Below are positions 11,201 to 21,001 of a DNA stretch of 35,824 nucleotides, piece after piece. The DNA lies in assembly GCA_003990765.1 (NCBI GenBank), contig RBNJ01000237.1, positions 1 to 35,824 on the forward strand, given 5' to 3'. The notes under the pieces were generated by a model, which saw only the letters and a program-made list of their open reading frames with translations, ran no database searches and was not told the origin of the DNA. The DNA is from Jimgerdemannia flammicorona (Eukaryota). A program made the position numbers and the translations under genes. Position 1 is the first letter of the stretch. Each line of letters starts with the position of its first letter.

Positions 11201-13448
11201 AGACTGCTTCTTGTCTTGAGAATCCTGACATGATCCTTTGGGATGGTCATCTCCAATCCAGTTGCAAGTAGGGTGGTTGTCTGGGATTCCAGTATGGTCT
11301 CTTCTACTGTAGCGATGTCCATTCGAGCTGCATTTTCTGACTTATATTCTGGCAAGGCTGCATCAGGGTGGATCTTTCAGATCTTGACCTTGATTTCTTC
11401 TTCATCATCACTGTCCTCCAGGAGAGCTGGTGGTTCATCATCTTCCTCCTTCTCTTCTTCCCTGATCTGTTTTTCGAGGGCTTTCTGCCTTCTTTTCTGG
11501 TGGACCTTCCTGATTCTGATGGTGCACTGGTAGCAATCATTGACATGCTCCATGCAGTACATTTTGATCCCATGAGGACAGACTCCTTGTGGGGCATAAC
11601 CTTCTGTGATCTTCTTATATCATTCTTCTTCACTCATCCATCCACTTTCTTCTTCTTTGGAGTAGTCACCATATAAGCTTCCTCTTGCTTGCTCTTTTCT
11701 TCCTCCATATCAGACAGGACTCCTTTGTTGATATTGATGGGAATTCATATCTTCTGTCCCTGGTAGGTGATCTGCATCTTCTGGGCATTGAGATTGATTA
11801 CTGCCTTGGCTTTGTGAAGCCATTGATTGCCAATAAGGATTTCATAGTTGGTGGCATTGGTTACAATTATATCTACTGAGATGGTTGCTTCTCCAATCTT
11901 GATGGGAACATCTCAGATCTTTCCCAGAGGTGTGGCTCTTGTACCATCGGCTGTGATGAATACTAGCTTAGTTGCTTCTTCCACATCCCAACCTAGGCGG
12001 TCTGCTGCCTTCTTGCTGAGGAGATATCCTCCTGCTCCCGTATCAATGATGGCCTCAAAGATTCTATCTTTGATTTGGCATATTGCATATGCAGAGGTTT
12101 TGTGATTGTCCTCACTTTCTTCTCCTGAGTCCTCTTGAACATTATTGGTCTTGGTTATCTTCTATCTCTGTTTCTTAGTTGTTTCGGCAAGTCCAAACCT
12201 CATTTGCTGTCTGAATGTTGAGATTTCTGCAAGCTGACCAAAGGTTGCATTGACCTTTTGTTGGCTGAGGTCCTTTAAGATATCATACTTGAAGGTCTTA
12301 GTCTTGCAAAGCTTCTTTTCTTTTTCTCCTTCAATGGCTGGAGTGGTTCCTCAGATGATATCTTAAACTGCTTGCTTCAGCTCTGTATCTTGGTCCATCT
12401 CTTTGGCTTGGCTTTCTGTAGCAGTTTCCATCTGCTTTTCCACTGGGCTCTTCTTGGGTCTTCCTGGTGGTCTCTTGTAGGGCTCTTTGTGAGCATCCTT
12501 CTTAGTGGTCTGAGCAGGATAGACCTCCCATTCTTCTTCATCAGAATCTCCAATCTCCTTGAAGGTAATTATATTGGTCTGCTCCTTGTTTCATATAGCA
12601 TTGCTTGGTTGAGCCTTGTGCTTGGTTTCGCTTATACATTCATAGGAGTAGTGGCCTTCTCCTCTGCAAGTATAGCAGGTGCCTTTCTTCTTATCTGAGG
12701 TGGTGGCAAACTTCTGGACAGAGCGGTGGTCTCTTCTTCAAATTTCCTTTACCATGTCTCCCAGGTGGGCAGTCATTTTGGCAAACCTTTTGGCGAGTTC
12801 CTCCATAGGGTCACTGTTCTTTTGCTGCTCTGTAGCTTTTGGCTGAGGTGTATTTCAATTGATCATTGTGGTAGGGATCACACTAGTTGTCTTGAGTGCC
12901 TCAATTCTGACTCCTGTGACCCTTTTCATTATATGGTCTTGTGGATGTCTGGCTATCCAGTATCGCTGAGCATAGGTGACCTTCTGTAGTAGATCCAGAA
13001 TTACTGGTAATGAGCGGATGGTCATGGCTATTTCTGAGTGGACTCCTTTCATAAAGGTTGCCTCAGCTACTTGATCTCGGATAGCAGCATCATAATCTGC
13101 CAGGATTATCTGATATTGAATTCTGGTATAGAATGTGTTTAGATCCTTGCTTATTCCTTGGCATATTGTATTGAGCTGATCCTTCAGGGCTTGCTTGATC
13201 TCGTCTGTATAATATGTATTTCAGAGCCAGATCTTCTGTAATATCAGTATAGCATTAGCATCATTTCCTGCATGGGTTGCAGCTGTGAATGCTGCTCTGG
13301 CAGGGCCTCATAGGCTAAAGAACATGAGGGCTACTTGCTGTGCTGCTGTCAGGGTCCTTACAGTGGCATACTGCTCGAAATCATCAATGAAGATGATGAT
13401 TGATTCATCTGAGATATATCTGTGGAATACTGGTGGTCTCATATTCAT
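8271..13448 (-). pseudogene. Gag-pol polyprotein of B, inactivated by stops and frameshifts
   Basis: Gag starts MNMRPPVFH. Zinc knuckle CYTCRGEGHYSYEC (~12636-12677), protease AIIDTGAG (~12031-12054), RT LCVDYRNLN and MVYVNDII, RNase H FILQTDAS...LECLAVIWA...TDH...NADALS, integrase HELGH...CNKC, DIIGP, TDRGTEF, GQVERTN and GPY. No chromodomain seen. Confidence 0.95.
10978..11393 (-). pseudogene. dut: dUTPase domain within pol of B, between protease and RT
   Basis: All five trimeric dUTPase motifs are recognisable: AARMDI (AGxDL), KTRSSLA, GGVINLDYTGEI, QLVQIL (RIAQL) and RGKNGFRSTG (RGxxGFGSTG). Confidence 0.93.
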
Positions 13449-13546
13449 CTTGTCTGGGTATTGGGGCTCGGTTTGTATGGTCATTCAAGTGGTGGTGGTT
13501 GTTTGTTATTCAGCTTGAAAGTGAGGGATTCATCTTGAATCACCAG

Positions 13547-13559
13547 CCAATGGGCACCA
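13547..13559 (-). promoter_or_regulatory. Primer-binding site of B
   Basis: Minus strand reads ...TTACA-ACT-TGGTGCCCATTGG. Decayed copies occur in C (15161-15173) and D (~2920-2932). Confidence 0.75.
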
Positions 13560-13562
13560 AGT

Positions 13563-14024
13563 TGTAATATAGCAGATGCTTACTCTTGAAAGTACGTCAG
13601 ATTTCTGTATCTTGAAAACTTCTGACTCTCGCAGAGTCTGTTGAAGTTGCATGGGAGAGTGGGTGAGTTCAAAGTGTATCTGCCCACAGGCTTACTAGTT
13701 CCTTTGCTATCTCTTTGCTTTTTGAACTATTTTGATCTGAGGTTTATTCACTTGAAGATACTGGGTTATTTATATAAGTTTGCTAGCTATGAGATGGTTA
13801 CTGGGTTATGTGGCTAAGTTATGAGTTATTTAACACTTTGCAAAATGTTTTGCCAGTTGTGAAATGCTATACTATATTGGGAAGCTCGATCTTGCACTTT
13901 GTGAAATATTTAGCAAGTTGTGAAATCGAGAACTGTTATCTATGTGGCTATACTACTTTGGGACTGAGTATGATCAAGTGTCTATTCTCTATTTCCTTCT
14001 TCCGAATCTGGCTATACCATCACA
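13563..14024 (-). repeat. 5' LTR of B (462 bp, 7-bp deletion relative to the 3' LTR)
   Basis: Direct repeat of 7314-7782. Confidence 0.97.
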
Positions 14025-14028
14025 ATAT

Positions 14029-14726
14029 ATACTATATTCTTGAGCCAAAAAACCTATATTAAGATTATACTAAAATAATTTAGTATGAGTGAATACAAAT
14101 CTGTCAGAATCTCTATAGAGTTATCTGTAAGGTTAAAGAAGTCCAGTAATACTATACTCAAAACTTTGTCCAGAACTAATAATATTCTCTATTGATAAGT
14201 AGTGAGATCTCTAATACATATATCTTATACTTAGAACAAGATCTGATATATTATATATAGTCAACAAAGTAGCACAATACTTATTCTACTATAACAATAT
14301 GTATTAGATAGCAATCAAACATATTTTGCAGTATATTAAAAATATAGTATACTATATACTCAGTTTGGATAATAATAATAAGAGATAAAGTGGGAGTACT
14401 ATAAGGTTATCTAGTATATATATATAATACTAATTAGATTAATAATCTAGATGATAGACAGTCTATGACTGAATACCTCTTTAAATCACAAAGAAGTAAT
14501 TTTATAGCAAATATATAAGCAATCTTCAGTAATAACATCATCTATATAAGCAGAATATCAAGTATTATCTATAGTGACAAAATAAGCTATATAGCTTTAA
14601 GAACTTCTAAAAGAGTTAGGATATAATTAATAGTATTCTATATTACTTTTACAAGATAACCAGTCTATGATTGCTCTAGTAAAGAACTCTATATTATACT
14701 AGAATGAAGTATATTGATATATATAG
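14029..14726 (+). pseudogene. Copia E RT C-terminus and RNase H, middle fragment
   Basis: Remnants *AEYQV (~14547, from EAEYQA), QDNQSMIAL (~14652) and RMKYIDI (14701-14721, from RTKHIDI), cut by insertion of C. Confidence 0.85.
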
Positions 14727-15157
14727 TGTGACAGTTGATCCAAATTAGAAATATGAATTAGAGGAATTAGACATTTGATCACAGTATCTGAACCCAATTC
14801 CTAATATAGTATAGTTATATAAATAGCAGTTATAGAACTTTGCTACTAGCAAATACTTTGCTATTAACAAACACTTTACTACTAGTAAATACTTTACCAT
14901 TAGAAAAATGACTTACAACATAGCTACCTTATAGCTAGCAAACTTATATAAATAATCTAGTATCTTAGAGTGAATAAACCTCAGATCAAAATAGTTTAAA
15001 GCAAAGAGAAAGTAAAGAAACTAGTAAGCCTATAGGCAGATATACTTCAAACTCACTCACCCCTGTATCCCAAGGACTCTATAGAGTCAAAGAAGATCAA
15101 GTTTTTAAGGTACAGAAATCCAACATACTTCCAAGGTTAAGGGTCTACTATATTACA
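14727..15157 (+). repeat. 5' LTR of C
   Basis: TGTGACAG...TATTACA. Direct repeat of 26847-27277. Confidence 0.95.
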
Positions 15158-15268
15158 ACTTAGTACCTATTGGCTAGTGATTTAAGATGAATCTCTCACT
15201 TTCAAGCTGAACAATAAATAACCACCACCTAAACAACTATATAAATTGAACTAAGATATCTAGACAAG

Positions 15269-18200
15269 ATGGATATGAGACTATCAGTATTCCATAGTTA
15301 TATTTCAGATGAGTCAATTATTATATTTATTGATGATTTCAAGTAATATGCTATTATAAGGGGCCTGACAGCAAGACAGCAAGTAACTCTCATGCCCTTT
15401 AGTCTCCAAGGACCAGTAAGAGCAGCATTCACAGCTATAATCTATGTAGAAAATGATGATGATACTATGCTAGCAGCACAGAAGACCTTGCTCTAAGCCA
15501 CATACTATACAGATGTGATCAAGCAAGTCCTGAAGGATCAGCTCAATACAACTTGCCAAGAAATAAGTGAGAATCTAAATATATTCTACACCAGAATCTG
15601 ATATCAGATAATACTTGCAGATTATACTACCACAATCAGGGATCAAGTAGCCAAAGTAACCTTTATAAAAGGAATCTATTCAGAGATAGCTCTGGCCATC
15701 TACTTATCACCAATAGTCCTGGATCTGATACAAAAGGTCACCTATGCTCAGCAATACTAGATAGCCAGACACCCATAAGACAATATAATAGAGACAGTTA
15801 CTGGAGTCAGAATCAAAGCATCCAAGGTAATTAGTGTGATCTATATCACAGTGATCAATTAAAATACACCTCAGCCAAGAGCTATTGAATAGTAGAGGAA
15901 TAGTGAACCTATTAAGGAACTTACCAGAAAGTTCATCAAAATAACAGCTCATCTAGAAGATGTGGTAAAGGAAATTAAAGGAAGAGACTACTACTCAGTT
16001 CAAAAATTTGCCATCACCTCAGACAAGAAGAGAGGTACTTGCTATACTTGTGGAGAAGAGGACCACTACTCATATGAATGTATAAGTGAAACCAAGCATA
16101 AGGTATAGCCAAGCAATACTACTTTAAATAAGGAATAGGCCAACATCATTATCTTTGAAGAAATTGAAGAGTCTGATGAAGAGGAGTGGGAGGTCTATTC
16201 TGTATAGACTACTAAAAAGAATGTCTACAAAGAACTCTACAAGAGATCACCAGAAAGACCTAAGAAGAACTCAGTGGAAAAACAGATAGAAACTGCTACA
16301 GAAAGTCAAGGTGAAGAAACAGATCAAGATATGGAGCTAGAACAAGCTATTCAAGATATCATCTGAGGAACCACTCTAGTCAGTGAAGGAGAAAAGATGA
16401 AGAAGCTTTGTAAAACCAAGACCTTTAAGTATGATATCTTTAAGAATCTCAGTCAATAAAAGGTCAATGTAACCTTCAGCCAGCTGGTAGAAATATCTAC
16501 ATTCTGATAGCAAATGAGATATGGACTTGCTGAGACAACTAAGAAGTAAGGTTGGAAGATAACCAAGGCCAACAATGTTCAAGAAGATTCAGGAGAAGAA
16601 AGCAAAGACAACTGTAAGACCTCTGCCTATACAATCAGCCAGATTGAAGATAGAATCTTTGAAGCCATTATTGATACAGGAGCAGGAGAATGACTCCTCA
16701 GTAAGAAAGCAGCAGATTGCCTAGGTTGGGAAGTTGAGGAAGCAATCAAATTGGTGTTTGTCATAGCAGATGGTACAAGAGCCACACCTCTGAAAAAGAT
16801 CTGAGATATTCCATCAAGTTTGGAGGAATAACTATTCCAGTGGATATAATAATAACCAATACAACTAACTATGATATCCTCATTAGCAATCAATAGCTTT
16901 ATAAAGCCAAGGTAGTAATTGATCTAAATGTCCAGAAGATGCAGATCACCTACCAAGATCAGAAGATGTGAATTCCCATCAATATTAATAAAGAAGTCCT
17001 GTCTAAGATGGAGGAAGAAGAAAGTTAGCAAGAAGAAGTCTATATGGTAACTACTCAGAAAAAGAAGAAAGTCAGATAGATTAATAAAGAGAACTAGTAC
17101 AAGAAGATTGCAGAAGAATATACACTATAAGGAGTTTACCCCTATGGAATAAAAATATACTGCAGTGAGTACATTAATGACTGCTACCAATGTAGCATTC
17201 GTATCTGAAAGATCTATCAGGAAAGAAGACAGAAGACTTTTGAAAAACAGGCAAAAGAAGAGAAGGTGGAAGAGGATGATGAACCACCAACCCTCCTAGA
17301 GAATAGTAATGATAAAGAAGAAATCAAGGTCAAGATTCAGAGGATCTACCCTAATACAGTCCTATCAGAATACAAGTCAGAAAATACAGCAGGAATGGAT
17401 ATTACTACAGTAGAAGAAACTATACTGGAGTCCTAGACAACCACTCTACTCACAACTGATCTGGAGATGACCATTCTAAAGAACTATATCAGAATCCTCA
17501 AGATAAGAAGTAGTCTGGCTAAGAGCAAAATTACCATTAAAGGAGGAGTTATTAATTCAGATTATATTGGAGAAATACTACTCATTGCTAGGAATTACAA
17601 TTCTACAATTTCATTTCCAATTAAGAAGAAGGACTAACTGGCACAGATGTTGATTTTCTCAGTTCTTCAGTCAAGAATCATAGAAGTCAAGAAGTTGGAG
17701 GAAACAGAAAGAGGAAGGAAAGGATTCAGATCTACAGAAAGAGGAGTATTTGTAAGTACCAAGATCACTGAGCTGAAGTACAAGAAGGAGGAAACTACAG
17801 ACAAGTATAGCTATACTATTGGAAATGAATTCCTACTCAAGATGGAGCTCTAGAAAATACTATATAAATTTGATGACATTCTCACTACAGACTTCATAGA
17901 TATCAAAGAAAAGACTCCACACTACTATCATGATATAGATACTGGAGATACCAAACCAATTTACCAAAAGGCAAGACCTGTTATACCAGCCTACTGAGAG
18001 TGGCTCAGAGAAGAAATCAAGCAGATGGAAGAAGCTGGTATCAATAAGGAGGCCAGTAGCCCCTGGTCTTCACCAGTTGTACTAGCTCTAAAAAAAGGAA
18101 GCAAGTCTGGAGGATTCATCTCAAGACTCTGTATTGATTACAGAAAGCTCAATATAGTTACCAAGAAGGATCACCAACCACTGCCCCTCATCAATGATAT

Positions 18201-18858
18201 TCTTATAACTCTGGGAGATGAAGTACAGTACTACAGTACCTTGGATCTATACTGAGGATTCCACCAAATCAGACTCACAGAAACAGCAAGTAAGAAATCA
18301 GCCTTCATCACTCCAGACAGAATCTATATCTACTTGCAAATACTATTCAGAATGTGCAAGTTTCCAGTGAATGATAAATAAAATCTTCCACTATGATATG
18401 AGAAGATAGATGATGGTTTATGTAGATGATGTTATTATCTATAACAAGATAGCTAAGGAATATCTGCAGTATATTCAGCAGATAATAAAAAAGCTAAGAT
18501 AGCATAGTCTTTATATCAAGTCCAAGAAGTGCAAGTTTATGAAAATTGAGATTATCTATCTTGACCATATCATCAATCAAAATGGAATACACACAGACTC
18601 TCTCAAGATATAAGCAGTAGCAGCATACCCAAGATCTACTACTATTACTGAAGCCCAAGTCTTCATGAGACTTACCTCATATTACTGCTGATTTATCAGA
18701 GGATTCTCCAATATTGCAGGCCCAATCTATGAACTCAATAAGAAGAATACTAAGTTCCAATAGACTGGCAGGCAACAGAAAGTATTCAATGAGCTTAAGG
18801 TTAGATTGACTCAGGCACCCATCCTCAGAAGACCTGATTAGACTCAAGAATTCATCCT
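15269..18858 (+). pseudogene. Gag-PR-dUTPase-RT of C (5' part of gag-pol)
   Basis: CYTCGEEDHYSYEC (~16039-16080), AIIDTGAG (~16664), LCIDYRKLN, YVDD at 18419-18430. Interrupted at the RNase H start (QEFIL). Confidence 0.93.
17322..17739 (+). pseudogene. dut: dUTPase domain of C
   Basis: AGMDI, IRSSLA, GGVINSDYIGEI, *LAQML and RGRKGFRSTE. Confidence 0.92.
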
Positions 18859-18905
18859 GGGGCACCTTTCTCCTGTACAATTCACATTATACAAAACTTC
18901 AAGCA

Positions 18906-20970
18906 ATGGTTTTTGATACAACTAGGAGAAAAGGTACTATCATTATGGCATCAAGCAAGAGTTCTGATGGGCATACTGGGTCAGAGAGATCTGGGGCTTT
19001 TGGCTGGCAGAATGTGGGGAGGGGTTATGGCCTGGAGATAGGGGCCTTTGGAGGGTCGAAGAGTGGCAAGGGCTCTGGAGGAGGTCCAGTGTTAGGTGGT
19101 AATGGGGGGAGGACTGGCCCCTCAAGCTTTGCAGACAAGGTGAAGAGAAGTGGATGGCCAGCTGGAGACAGGGCTGGTGCTGCTGCAGGGAAGGACAAGG
19201 TGAGCCTTGGGAGGGGGGGAGGTCCTCAGGCTGGAGGTAGGAGCATAGGATCTGGAGGTATTGTGGCTGGGGGTGAGACTGCTGATGGAGGTGTGATGGA
19301 AAATCAGGAAAAAAAAAGAGATGTGATGGCTGATGATGGAGTGGGGCTGGGGTTACTGATTTGGAAGGGGGACCTGGCCAATGGTATGATAGGGCTAGTG
19401 GTGGCACCATTACTCAAGAAGTCGGTTTCGGAGTTTGTGGCTACCTTGTGCTTCCAGGGCTTAGCAGTGATGGCAAGGATAGTTCTGGGGCTTATCTCAC
19501 AGCAGGTGGCTGGGGTGGCCTCAGTGAAGTTTCTGAGGGGGCTGGAGGGGGTAGAGGTAGGCTTTGAGGAGGCAGGCCCACTGGATGAGGCGATGAAGAC
19601 TAGAGTGATGATTGGTGAAGTAGTGGTCCCTATAGTGCACTGCCTTAGGTAGAACCCCAGAGTGGTACAGCTGCTAGTCAAAGGAGTACCTATGATGATA
19701 AAGATTAAGACTAGGAGGAGGGTTGAGGAGGTAGTGGCAGAGTATGGTGATGTAGTGGATATCAGATTCTGAGTGTGGGAGGGGACAGCAATTAGGACAG
19801 GTGATGTGAATGTCAGGATTAGGCTGGTGGAGAAGGAGGCCACTGGAAAGGCAAATGACTGGCCTTCAGTACTGATGTGGGGGGCTGTTGTCTGTAGAGT
19901 GTCAAGGGTGAAGGAGAGTGAAGAGGAGGAGGAGGACTTGTTGGAAGTGCTGAAAGAGTTAAGTAGTGCAGTGGAATGGAGGGTGAAGGCCTGTAAGCTC
20001 TTTGAGGAGACAATACATCTGGAGGTTGTGGAGGGGAAGTGGATCTATATGGACAAGAGGCAGTGGGAGTGGGCACAGGGGTGCAGGAGGCAGAGAGAGC
20101 TTTTGGTAAGTATGAATATGGAGGTAAAGAAGAAGGCAGAGGGGGCTGAGGTGACTGGGGGTATCAAAGCCAGGTCTGGGCTGGTAAAGGAGAGGGGGAG
20201 GTGGAGGCAGGCAAGGTAGGAGCTGGGAAGGTGCCAAGCAAGGACCCATATACTGACAGCACTTTTGAGGTCTGGGAGCAGGAATTGGATGCCACTACCC
20301 CCCCTCTTATCAGGAGGGGCCTGGCTGTGAAGAGAAGGATGACAGAGGATGTACTGATGAAGGGAGCCCAGCGAGTGTAATTTGGGGTCCCTGATGTAGC
20401 AGAAGGGGCTAGGTGGTGGTAGTTGGTGAGGATGAGCTAGTAGATGTCCCTGAGGAGGAGTGGGATGAGGCTGCCAGTATAGGTGCTGACACTATGATGT
20501 TGGATGCAGGATGGCCAGGGACTCTGAGTGGGAAGGAGGTGGAGAACTTGCTGTGGATGAGCAAGGTGATGGACAACCTCACAGCTGAGGCTTTGGGAGA
20601 AGTGGACCTGTGGGCAATGTCTGATGAGCATTGGGTACAGATGCTGTATAGAGATGGAGTGGTGGAAGCACTGAGGGCAGAGATTCTTACAATCTTCCTG
20701 GAGGAGGAGGGTTATGAGGTTGATGAGATGAGGAAGGTGGAGCTGATGGTGGTTGCAGATGAGAGGGCAGCCTACTGTTGGGCTGAGCATCATGGTTTAC
20801 AGCTCTGGAGGGAGGTCTGTCTGGAGTATTGTGAGGACTTTGAGGAGAGAGAAGATGGGGCAATGGTAGAACTTCTGGAAGAGTTAGAGGCATGGGAAGC
20901 TGGAGAAAGGGAACTAGCTGCTGAACATGTCTTGGACTTGGTGCAGGAGGAGAAGAATGTGGACTTATAG
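18906..20970 (+). pseudogene. ORF1 of LINE F (Gly-rich N-terminus, RRM-like core, acidic C-terminus), with stops and frameshifts
   Basis: The ORF-track pieces 18906-19652, 19773-20219 and 20413-20970 are linked by TAG/TGA readthrough or a frameshift. VQLLVKGVP...VAEYGDVVDI...RTGDVNVRI resembles the L1/Tx1 ORF1 RRM. The start could be the ATG at 18946. Confidence 0.75.
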
Positions 20971-21001
20971 AGGATGGGATTGCTACTTAACATTATTTCT
21001 T

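Larger units (their letters stand above)
7314..14024 (-). mobile_element. Full-length Ty3/gypsy LTR retrotransposon B (6.7 kb), inserted in the RT of copia E
   Basis: LTRs at 7314-7782 and 13563-14024 with TG...CA termini, 4-bp TSD ATAT (7310-7313, 14025-14028), PBS, PPT, and domain order gag-PR-dUTPase-RT-RH-IN-ORF3. Confidence 0.97.

Noticed and set aside
18943..20993. Pro/Ser-rich minus-strand ORFs
   Set aside because: They are antisense to the G-rich LINE ORF1 and have no independent support.
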